Part shown: one piece after another, positions 52,749 to 64,000 of the stretch
How the letters are laid out: each line of letters begins with the position of its first letter
Numbering within the stretch: the first letter of the stretch is position 1
Assembly: GCA_951406725.2 (NCBI GenBank)
Contig: OX597820.1
Span: forward strand, 112,096,001-112,160,000
Source of the DNA: Octopus vulgaris
Taxonomy: Eukaryota
Length of the DNA: 64,000 bases
Reading direction: 5' to 3'
Translations under genes and position numbers: made by a program
The notes under the pieces: generated by a model
Database searches by the model: none
Seen by the model: the letters and a program-made list of their open reading frames with translations, nothing else
Told to the model about the DNA's origin: nothing

Positions 52749-52778
<30 letters not shown>

Positions 52779-52779
52779 G

Positions 52780-52826
<47 letters not shown>

Positions 52827-53074
52827 GTATATATATATATATGTATATATATGTATATATATATATGCGGGCATGGCTGTGTGGTTAGGGAGCTTGCTTC
52901 CTAGCTACATGGTTTCGGGTTCAATCCCACTGCGTGGCACTTTGGGTAGGTGTCTTCCACTATAGCCCCAAGCTGACCGGAGCTTTGTGATTGAATTCGG
53001 TAGGTGGAAGTTACTGCCGTGTGTGTATATGTGCGTGTAGGTGCTTGTGCCTCTCCCAAAGAGACAGAGAGGGA

Positions 53075-53717
<643 letters not shown>

Positions 53718-53960
53718 TAGGGAGTATAACTCCAAACTTACAGGGAAAAATTCAATTTAGTATTAAATCAAATTTCACAGTATAAATATATAAAATATAA
53801 AATATAAATTAGAGATAAAATCACTATTATGCAACTCAAACAGTGATAGACATAAACCAATACATAAATAACAAATAATATATATAATTAATATAATATA
53901 ATATATATATATATATATATTTTTCTTTTTTTTTCAAAAAGTATAAAATGAATGTAAAAA

Positions 53961-54060
53961 CACTACATACGTTTCATGGCTATAATTAAATTTGAATTAC
54001 AATTAAGTTTTAATTCAATTGAAATAAATTCGAATTAAAATTATAGTCAATCTTCAGGTT
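53961..54060 (-). ncRNA. Type I hammerhead ribozyme-like motif with long stem II
   Basis: Minus strand reads AAC-CTGAAGA-TTGACTATAATT...AATTATAGCCAT-GAAA-CGTATGTA-GTG. Stem III ACGTATGT is one change from palindromic ACGTACGT; stem I is weak. Confidence 0.6.
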
Positions 54061-56496
54061 AATGATAATAGTTAAATAAATAAACAAATAGAGTTAAACA
54101 ATATTTATTTAAGAAATAAATAAAATAATAATTTTTCTTATAGAAAAAAACTACATTATCTAAATTAGAAACTTAAAACATTAGGATTATTCCCTACATA
54201 TTTATGTTGAATATTTATTTTTAAGGTAAAAAAATAGATAGAAATATGTATTTATCTATGAAGATATAATATGGCTTTAAAAAAACAAAATAAACTCATA
54301 ATATTTATATTCTTTTATTCCTTTACTGGTTTCAGTCATTTGATGGTGGTCATTTGGAGCACCACCTCTTTAGTCAAACAACTCGACCCCAGAACTTATT
54401 GTTTGTAAGCCTAGTACTTATTCTATCAGTCTCTTTTTCCCGAACCGCTAAGTCACAGGGACATGACACACACCAGCATCGGTTGTCAAGCGATATTGGA
54501 GTGCAAACACACACACACACACAAACATATATATACAACTGGCTTCTATCAGTTTCCATCAACCAAATCCACACACAAGGCTTTGGTCAGCTATAGTAGT
54601 AGACACTTGCCCAAAGTGCTAGGTGGTGGGACTGAACCCGGAACCATGTGGTTGGTGAGCAACCTACTTACCACACAGCCACTCCTGCATAGAAAACTTT
54701 AGTTATAACAAAGAATAAATGCTAACAATACTTAATTTTCGCCAAAATAATTAAAATTCTCAATGTAGACATGACCTTTCATCCCCAAGGATCAATAAGC
54801 CTTTCTGCTATAGGTAGATGACCTGAAATTCAGGGGAGTGGGATAGCTAATTACATTGATCCCAGTGATTCACTGGTACTTAATTTATTGAACATGAAAA
54901 GATGAAATGCAAAGTCAACCTTGGCGGAATTTGAACTCAGAGTATTGCAATGCTAAGCTTTTCATCCAGCATGCTAACAATTCTGCCAGCTTGCTGCCTT
55001 CCACAAGGATCAATAATAAAAGCAGGAAGGTGGTGAGCTGGCAGAATCATTAGCATGCTGGGTAAAATGCCCAGTGGCATTGCATCCTGCCGGGATCAAC
55101 TTTGCTTTTCATTTTTTTGGGGTCAATAAAATAAGTTGAGCACTGGGGTCGAAGTAATTGACTTACCCCATCACTCGAGATTGCTGGCCTTGTTCCAAAA
55201 TTTGAAACCAATAATAAAACCAGTAATGAACTAGTGTCAGTTTAATTGATTCGAATCCTGAACATTTCATGAAGATGTGGTGACTAAGTGGTTATAATGT
55301 TCGGTTCACGATCATAATGTTATAATAATAATAATAATAATAATGAAATTATTGTATACAGTGCTCAGGTGCACCACAACTTGTCAAAAGTGCATATAAA
55401 TCATTTTAATATCCGATTAATATCCTATTATATTATGGGTTCAGTGCCTGGATCAGGTGGTACATCATTTTCTTGAGCAAAACGTTTAATTTTACATTGC
55501 TTCAATCTACTCAGCTGAGCATTAATACAGCTCCGTCACACTCTTTATGTCCTGCAAGACCAAAGAGTGAGAGAGAATCAAGAGGGTGCCTATGTCTGCC
55601 TGTGACTACATAGGCACCTTAAACAATTAATGTAGTGATTCCCAATGTGGGGCATATTGCCCCACCAATGGGGTCTGGGAAAATTGTGGTGGAGTGTGGG
55701 ATCCAAATTTTCTTCCTCTTTTAGTCAATAATGTATTTTTTTTTGTACTCAGTACTCAATAAAAGAGTTACTGGTAGATTCTTTTGTATTAAATAATTGT
55801 GATAAAATATTAAAAATAAAGTTGTTTTTTCCCAACCATTGGTGTCGCATACATTTTTGTGGAAAATTTATAGTGGGGCCTGGCGGAAAAACTAGGTTGG
55901 AAAACATTGAATTAATGAAAGCATGGTACATTAAGTCATACTCATTCACCAGCGACAACTGGCTCCTTACTTGTCCCCATTACAAAAGTTTAAGCCTTGT
56001 ATCAATGCAAAAGATAATTTTTTTTTTAAAGGAGGTGAAGGAATTCATAGCACATGCTATAATAACTCAATTAACTTATATGAATTTTATAAACTGTCAC
56101 TTATTTTTGCCAGCATTGATCATCAATTATTTTCTTTAGATCATAGCTTTGTATTTATTTATTTATCAAAAAAAAAAAAAACGGACAGGCGTAGGCGTAG
56201 ATGTGTGGTAAGAAGCTTGCTTCCCAACTACATATTCACAGGTTCAGTCCCACAGCGTGGAACCTTTCCTCGGGGAAGCGTTTTCTACTGTAACCTCGGG
56301 CCAACCAAAGCCTTGTGAGTGGATTTCGTAGACGGAAACTGAAAGAAGCTCATCGTGTATATATATTTTTATTTTTATACGCTGGCCACTGATATAACCA
56401 CTTTAATGATTATATCCTCAATTTATACAAACACACACACGTGTGTGTGTGTGTGTGTTTGTCCCCCCCCCCCACACACACACACCGCTTAAAAAA

Positions 56497-56940
56497 ATAA
56501 TAATGAAGTTATTGTATACAGTGCTCAGGTGCACCACAACTTGTCAAAAGTGCGTATAAAGTATATGCAGTAATGTATAAATGTCTGGAAAGTGAACAGT
56601 GTATGAGTCAGATACATGCTTGTGTGTGTATAGAGGGGAGAAAATCAGGTGTAGTGTTGGCGAATCTTAGGAAGCATGGAAGTTTTGAAGGATGCAGTGC
56701 TCCGACAACTAACAACTGATGCCGGCAGTTTGTTCCATGCTTCAGCAACTCTTAGCGTAAAAAAATGGTTCCGAAAGTCATGGGAGCTGTGCTGTTTTCT
56801 GACTTTGTAAACATGACCACGGGTGTTAGACAGATGGAGTTTGAAAAGGTGCTCAGAGTTATTGTTTGTAAAATGGTTAATAGTTTTAAGGGTGTCTGCC
56901 AAGTCAGCTGCTAGACGTCGGAGTTTCAATGTGTCTATGA
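56497..56940 (-). mobile_element. 3' end of a CR1/L2-group LINE inserted in a SINE
   Basis: Reads TLKLRRLAADL...NTRGHVYKVRKQ...RNHFFTLRVAEAWNKLPASVV with a (TTA)n tail. A shorter copy of the same tail lies at ~55322-55400. Confidence 0.8.
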
Positions 56941-57750
56941 CAGCCGGTGTCATTGTTTGCGTCCTTGTAACTTAGCAGTTCGGCAATAGAGACCAATAGA
57001 ATAAATATCAGGCATTAAGAAATATATCTTGGGTCGATTTGGCCGCAGTCAAGAGACTAAAACAAAAGATAAAAGAGAATTCATGGGAGATAACTCTTGG
57101 TTTGTCTTCTCCACGGGACACAAACTTCTATGAAAAATCACCGGTTTGTGTCAGGTAAAGCCTAAAACAATTAAGACTGCAAATTATTGATGGATATACT
57201 TTTGGAAAACTTGAAATTACATTCAACCAACATTAATTAATTCCTTTTCTACTTTTTGTTTCTGTGATTGTGAATATATTTAATCCTACAAATTTATATC
57301 GACAATAGACCAACAAAAACTCTGTTATTGCAATTAACCAAATTAAAATTGCTGTCTCTGCACAAAGCACCTGCCAGTTTAGAGTTCAGTATTTCGATAT
57401 CCTTATTTTTTGTCTTACATGTTACCTGCAGTTGGTAACATTCGAACTCGTGACTCTGCCACCGAAATACCACTGAGATTATTGTTACAGTAAATTTAGA
57501 ATACCTGGAATAAATGGTTTTGTGTAACTACCGGAGAAATGTTTTTATGCATCAGCCAAACCATGTTTTGATGATAATCTTAAATTTCCATTGAAAAAAC
57601 AACACCGGTTCTTCCCTTAGTCTTCATACTGCTGCTCTAAGAATTCCTTCCAACTGATTATCTGCGTTTATATAATTCAAAATTAATTATCATTATTATT
57701 TGTTTGTCTGTAAAATTTAAAAAAAACAACAAACAAACAAAAAAGCAATT

Positions 57751-58089
57751 ATGTGTGTCGACTGTGTGAAGGAAGAATTTCCATGCCGAGATACAATGTG
57801 TTTGGAAGATGGTTCGTATTTACTCAACTTCTCCCGATGTGCTCGATGCCAGGAACTTGGCAATCTCTCCATAGAAGACAAGTACTGCTCCGAAGATGAA
57901 AGTGGGTTGGAATTAATTACATACCAACATGTTTGTCCGAATTGTGGACACATCATTGCCAGCCATGAATATTCCTTCACTGTTGAAGATGGTTATATGT
58001 TGTACACAATGTCTTGTGCGTTGTGTGGCGAAGCCGAAGATCAACGTTCGGTCTTACCTTATGATGATCGACAAAGATCGTTTTTCTAA
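57751..58089 (+). CDS. CHURC1: Protein Churchill (zinc-binding), complete single-exon ORF, 112 aa
   Basis: MCVDCVKEEFPCRDTMCLEDGSYLLNFSRCARC...ITYQHVCPNCGHIIASHEYSFTV...YTMSCALCGEAED..SVLPYD matches the Churchill family along its whole length (human [27 protein letters not shown]...HEYTF...YTMLCLLCGKAED). Conserved C2, C5, C17, C30, C33, H60, C62, C65, H67, H72, C89 and C92; no stops or frameshifts. Confidence 0.96.
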   Translation: MCVDCVKEEFPCRDTMCLEDGSYLLNFSRCARCQELGNLSIEDKYCSEDESGLELITYQHVCPNCGHIIASHEYSFTVEDGYMLYTMSCALCGEAEDQRSVLPYDDRQRSFF

Positions 58090-60689
58090 TCATATATATA
58101 TAATGTTTGACCCCTCCCCCCCAGAGACAGGAAGCCCAACACCAAATATTCCTGCGAACACAACAAACTTTTAACAAGTTATTTCGTTTCAAAACTATCA
58201 GTGAAAAGCTTTTGTCTCTCAGAATTTTGCCAATATTCTTACGTGAATATATTTCCTTTAATTTCACTTTCTCACTCTTTCTAGAAAAGTTGTCCAATAC
58301 CAACCGGCATGTGCCAAATTGTTAGTATATGTGTGTGTTGATATTTCTTACGTGTGCTTGTATTCTATTTTAAACAAAGGCTAACACTATTTCAGAAACA
58401 TTAATTCTTATTGTACACAAACACAAGAAATTAACACAATACTAATGATTCTGTTGCAGAATTGTCCAGTTTTCAAAAGAAAAATTTACCTCCTGAAGAA
58501 TACAACAGATTTAGAATAGCATCAAACGTGATTTTTATGATGTTTTATAAAATTAATAATACTGATCTTAACTATAGAATCAAACTCTTTTATTTTAAAG
58601 CAGGCTTCTCTCAGAAATCACTTCTAATTGTCCTTTAACTCTTACAATTCTAGAAGATGGCTTGAATAAGTATTTCTTAACAAGTAAAAAACTCAGATTT
58701 ATTGAGCTTCAACAGCATTTGTTAAAGTAAAGCGACTTTAAACGAAAATCGAAATTGCGAAGTACTTGGACGTGTATGGCCCCATTTGGTTATGCATTTC
58801 AGCTCCACTTCCTATTCTACGTCAGTTGACTTAACCAGAGCCTGGGTTTACCAGCGTTATCTCCCTTGAGCCTGCTCTGTTGCATCGTAGATCACAGTAC
58901 GACCAGACTATCAGATGCTGTTAACACCGCTGGTCACAATGTGCTTCCAATTTTGTTTTCGTTGTGTTCTTCTCCGTCTTGACTAGAATTGCTTGACTAA
59001 ATCGTCTTCCCATCGTCGTAGGGGGCCTTCCAAGTGGCCTTTTGCGTCATATATAAATATGTGTTTGTGTGTAATCAGTAATATACTGTAGTCATGTTAA
59101 TAATCCTCTTCCAGAAAACCTGTTTTCACATTTACGTTTGAGTGCCGCCCGCTTCCATAGTTAAGGCTTTATATTTGTGTTAGAAGATATCAACAATAAC
59201 TCATACTAACAACAGACACACTAGACAATATCGTTTTCCATTAAGAATCCTCACCGTACTAGTAATGTTTAATATTAAACATTACGAAATGCAAACACCT
59301 CTACAAACAAAACTACATAATTATTTAAGATCATCTTACAACTTCACTCCCCAGCTGGCTAGATCTCACCATCTATATAATGGCTTCTCATTAACTCTAA
59401 GAACCAATTTTCCCTCCATAATGGAGGTCTGTTCTAGTGTGTAAGGTAGGACACTTTAGTCTGTGATTGGTATTTTAAATACATTCAGGAAAAAAACTTC
59501 ACTAAATACTCCGTAACTGAAAATGTTAACTTGTTGGGTCACAGTTATAAAGTTACATTTTCTCTTCTATGGCTGTTATGCAGAGACTGTTGGCGTCCTC
59601 CAACATTTTGAAAACCAATTTTTTAAAATCTGCCACTCTTTCTAATCACTTATGCCAATGGTTCTTAACCCAGATGGTAGCACCATTTTGTGGGCATTGT
59701 GAGATCACAAGTAGTTGAACTCTCTTATGGATGTAGTGAGCTCAAAGGATGTTGTGTGTGGGAAGCACTGAGTATTTAGAAGAAGGACTGATTTTTCTTA
59801 GAAATAAAACATTTAAACCAAATATAATACTTATATTTTAAACACATCAAAAAAATAATTATCAGGATTAGGATACATGTTGGACAGTGAAAAGAAAATG
59901 GGATGTGATTGTATAATATGGATAAACTACCGCACAAAATGAACTTCTGCTTGATTAAAATAATTTTTCTTTCAAAACTTGTGAAAGGATATCTGTATAA
60001 TCTCATTCAATGAAAGGGTGGGAGCAGGGGTTGAAGTACAAAAGCTTGAGAATCACTAGTCTATGGCTGTATTCACTCAAATAACACTTGAATATATTAC
60101 ATATCTTTCATTTCAAAGATTGTTCTCATGTAATCTTATTAATGTGGTCCCTAAAATTCTTCAGAATCTAAATTAACTGCAGTATTACCATTAATACTCT
60201 CTACAGTTCCAGTTTAAAAGGGCTCCTGCAAATTACATCGGTATTCTTCTTTAGACACATCATTAATGGAAACAAAGAAGTCTTTATGTATTGATGTCAA
60301 TTAAAATACATTGTTAAATGCCTCGTTAATTTTTCTAAATTATTAAAGAACAGAAAATGTTTTTATGTTGTGTTCGTTACTTTCTTTTTAAGAATTACTC
60401 ACGCATTTTTCCATATGAACATAGCTGAGCTATTCTACTTATGTCTTGCACCTGTTGCCTAATTGTGTAAGGATGGGTAATTTCTGCAAGGATAATATCT
60501 ACTCATATTGAGATAGCCCCCATAAGGTCAATTGACCTACTAGAAATAGCATATAAATCTTCAAATCAATCCTTGTCATTTTAAATAAGGATGGATACAT
60601 TTGATTATGTAGTTTGTAATATATTGTCTGGACAAAGTTCAGCGAGCTCCTACCATGTGCTGGGTAATGTTCAGAGAGCTATCTATGTT

Positions 60690-61615
60690 GGTGAGAGCCT
60701 CTCTCACAGAGTGAAAGGCAAACTGTATCATGCCTGTGTACATACAACTATGCTACATGGCAGTGAAGCATGGGCTATGATGACACACAACTTGTGAAGG
60801 CTTGAAAGAAATTAAGCTAGCCTGCTCCTCTGGATGGGTAATGTCTGTGTACACACACCTGACAAAGGGTAAATGATTTAAGAGGGAAGCTGCATATAAG
60901 AGGCATCAGATGTAGTGTGCAAGAGAGAAGACTGTGCTGGTTTGGCCATGTGATGCATATGGATCAGGACAGCTGCTTTAAGAAGTGCTGATCTCTAATT
61001 GTGGAGGGAACATGTAGAAGGCGTAGACCCAGGAAGACATGGGATGAAGTGATGAGAAGGGATCTTCTGATGCTGGGCCTCACTGAGGAAATAATGAGAT
61101 TGGGAGGTGTGGCTATTTACTGTACTTAAGAGGCATCAAGTTACGGAAAATCATGGTATCGAAACATACAGGTATGTCCTTTGCAGGTGCTGGTGCCACA
61201 TGAAATGCACCTGTGCTGCTGGCCAGTAAAAAGCACCTGGCATGCTCTGTAAAGTGGTTGGCATTAGCAAAAGGTATCCAGTCATAAAAGTCATGCCAAA
61301 ACGGACAGTTGGAGTCTGGACAGCTTCTTTAACCCTTTAGTGTTCGCACTATTCTGCCAAAATTAATGCTTCTCCATCCACATTGTTTTGAACTAATCAT
61401 GCATTATCTTGTAGCTATGAGATTTTGATGAGGTTGCTGTTAATTTTTAAAATGATATTGTAGGGTTGGTGTGAGAGACCAGATCTGGCCAGTTTGAACA
61501 TAAAACGGGCAGAATACTTTTGGCCGGATATGGCTGGTTTAAATGCTAAAGGGTTAAATCATCTAACCCGTGCCAGCAGGGAAAATGGACATTAAACAAT
61601 GATGATGATGATGGT
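60690..61615 (+). mobile_element. 3' end of RTE LINE with (GAT)n tail, interrupted by a piggyBac MITE
   Basis: Remnants VKGKLYHACV..TMLHGSEAW, RRLCWFGHVMHM and GRPRKTW-like, then a 3' UTR and GGACATTAAACAAT(GAT)n. Confidence 0.8.
61333..61553. mobile_element. piggyBac-type MITE (221 bp)
   Basis: TTAA-CCCTTTAG...CTAAAGGG-TTAA; same family as 15813-16033. Confidence 0.9.
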
Positions 61616-63029
61616 CATGGCTGAAATGCCTAGGTTTGCTCAATTAGAGCTAGCTCTTTGCACTTAGCTTTCAGATCCTTCAGTACTGTCAGCACAATGG
61701 GCAATGAGCCTTCTCTAAACATCCTGATTGCTTACTTCTGTCTTAACTCCATTCAGGTCAACTCCCATTGCTATCGTGTTACCCTGGGATGTAGTGTACT
61801 ACATCTTCCTTCTGGTTTCCACCCCATCATGATAGCAGCATCTCTTTCATGCAATAATTGAAGTACACGGTCAGTAAACACTACCTGTTGCAAACTTTCC
61901 CCATGCCAGTTCTTAGGACTAAACAACAACATAAAGGCAAAAACGTAGATATGAAACAATAACATTTCATAGATCAAACTACATTTCTATTTTCTATGTA
62001 TAGAGTCTACAATAATGGTTTCTCTCTTGACTGAGATATTTGACTTACCAACTCATGTCTTAAGGATACCTCACCAAAGTCAAGAGTGGTAGGTTTTCCA
62101 TCATTCCCAATGAGTACCCTGTTGTTCAATCTACTGGGTATTAATTCTTGTGAAGTTATTGTGTAAGTAGCTGAGAATTTCACAGGCATGTGTGCCATAA
62201 TGCAGTTCTCATTGAATTGGTGCAGTGTGATGTAACAAAACTGGACCTTTGAAATAAAGGGACGGTTATTTCAGTGGGATAGATGCTCTCTTGCTACTTT
62301 CTTTTGTATGTCTGTAGAGTGTGGCAGTGGGCAAGCTTAGATTCAGTCAGAGTGAAGTATTTTGTTGGTCTTCATTTGTCACTAATGGTAGGTTTGGAGG
62401 CTAATGAGGCTATAACTAGCAATGCTGTTTCTGTAGGTGTGTGTTTTTTTATATGTATTTGTGTTGTAAATATTGAAGAATTGTGTGTGATATGCTATAA
62501 AATATGACGGTTCCATTATGTTACTGATAAACAGTGGGACAATAGATTTGTGTAGATCCCGTTTTCTTGGTAGTCAAAGTAGGGTTAGAATAACTGTTCA
62601 GCTATGTCTGAGAAGTAACCACGACACCCTCTGCATATGAAGCAGTGTGTGTTTTTGTGGACATGAGGCAGTCATATAAGCTATTTGTTGAAAAGTGTGG
62701 GCAGATGAACCTTGTAGAAATAAGTGTTTGTCAAGGATTTTACGTGCTGACAGCTTTTTTATTTTGTAGAATCAGTTGGGAAGTAGTGGTGGCTGGATAA
62801 AAAGGAATATAGAAAATATAGTTTGAGCCGAAAAATCTGAAGATTAACTATACTAAGAGTAAAATACTGATTAGTATCTGGGAGTCATCTAGAGCTTAAT
62901 AAAAGAAGAGTTTAGATGGAGCTGATTATTAAGCTGTGCCTTGCCTCGAGAAAAAAGATTGGATCCTATGCACTATAAATTTTTTCTGTAATCTGATCTG
63001 GATACAACACAGCAATTATATATATATAT

Positions 63030-63474
63030 AAACTCAGAGTTTTATCTTGACTACCGAGTAATGTAACATATTGTATAGATAAATTTCCTCTATTTACATA
63101 ATATTGAGGTCTCTTTCTTTCTTTTGTTATCTTACCGTTTTATCAATAAATCACCTCCCGGACGACGTTATTCTCAACTAAGAGCTAATACGACCTTTTT
63201 GGGATTATCGCCTAACATCGGTTGAGGACTCTCACAAACAAAAGAATCTAATATGGACGCATATCACATAGATTATTCTATGAAAAAGATTTTTTCATAA
63301 CGTTTTCAAATAGCCAGATAACCGAAGAGATGGTGTTGTGGATTTCCACTTCAGCATCTGAAACTCAGAGTTTTATCTTGACTACCGAGTAATGTAACAT
63401 ATTGTATAGATAAATTTCCTCTATTTACATAATATTGAGGTCTCTTTCTTTCTTTTGTTATCTTACCGTTTTAT
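63030..63474 (+). mobile_element. Retrozyme-like / PLE pseudo-LTR unit: 114-bp perfect direct repeats, 331-bp period, inserted in (TA)n
   Basis: 63030-63143 is identical to 63361-63474. A hammerhead spans the start of the second repeat, and TA runs lie on both sides. Confidence 0.75.
63316..63378 (+). ncRNA. Type I hammerhead ribozyme
   Basis: AGATAA-CCGAAGA-GATGGTGTTGTGGAttTCCACTTCAGCATCT-GAAA-CTC A GAG-TT-TTATCT: perfect 6-bp stem I, extended stem II, near-palindromic stem III ACTC(A)GAGT and GUU triplet. Predicted cleavage is after 63372. Confidence 0.8.
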
Positions 63475-63476
63475 AT

Positions 63477-63513
<37 letters not shown>

Positions 63514-64000
63514 GATCTTGCAGGTATGAAGTGGATTCGACCCACCGTAGCCAAATTTAAATTAACACTTCAACAGAACTTTTCTCATGGTGGAACAATA
63601 GTTTTTCTGTGACAGCAGTTTTATATTTGCCAGATTGTCTTAGCCAGGCTAAAATAATGTCTTTACCACTTGCCCCTTCTAACCTCTTATAGACCACCAA
63701 AAGCTAGAATTAAGATAACAAGTACCACCAACTAAATCCATTGTTCTCATCAATATGTCTATCCTTCTGGATAGTTATAAAAAGAAGAAGCCCCTAGCAA
63801 GAATCAGTTAGTCACTTGGTAACAACTCAATCAGTTAGTGACAACTCATGAGTTGAGAGAGAGCTAACATCAGTTAGTGAACCGACCACTAGAATCATGG
63901 CCACAAGCAGGCAGACAAACAGCCAGAGGGAAAAAGAAAGAAGTTTAGAATCAGTGACTATACAAAACCCAACTTCCCACACTCTCTCACCTTTACTAAC

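Noticed and set aside
57717-58303. Antisense and alternative-frame ORFs overlapping Churchill
   Set aside because: They are shadow ORFs of the real CDS with no recognisable motifs.
58492-58532. CTGAAGAATAC...GCATCAAACGTG downstream of Churchill as a hammerhead
   Set aside because: GAAA is absent (CAAA), stem II is imperfect and there is no stem I.
62000-62800. Minus-strand peptide remnants (THCFICRGCRGYF) as another PLE endonuclease
   Set aside because: Too degenerate to support without a profile search.

Overview
AT-rich, repeat-dominated eukaryotic DNA. The SINE and microsatellite landscape suggests an octopus or other coleoid cephalopod; this is inference, not verified. Two host genes are supportable. 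One is the first coding exon of a GNS-type (N-acetylglucosamine-6-sulfatase) gene on the minus strand (3652-3786), with the rest of the gene running off the left edge. The other is a complete, intron-free Churchill (CHURC1) ORF at 57751-58089 (+). The ~54 kb between them is a mosaic of decayed mobile elements: RTE and CR1-like LINEs, several Tc1/mariner and a pogo/Tigger transposon, piggyBac-type and Merlin-type non-autonomous elements, two Helitrons, three tRNA-derived SINE families and Penelope-like elements (PLEs; Neptune- and Naiad-type). The most interesting hidden layer is non-coding. At least seven type I hammerhead-ribozyme-like motifs with palindromic stem III occur, mostly in PLE tails or in fold-back and tandem structures abutting (TA)n. 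One sits in a young retrozyme-like unit (331-bp period, 114-bp perfect direct repeat) at 63030-63474. Most ORFs in the supplied track ([12 protein letters not shown] types) are microsatellite artefacts. Boundaries of decayed elements are approximate, and all family calls rest on motifs read by eye.
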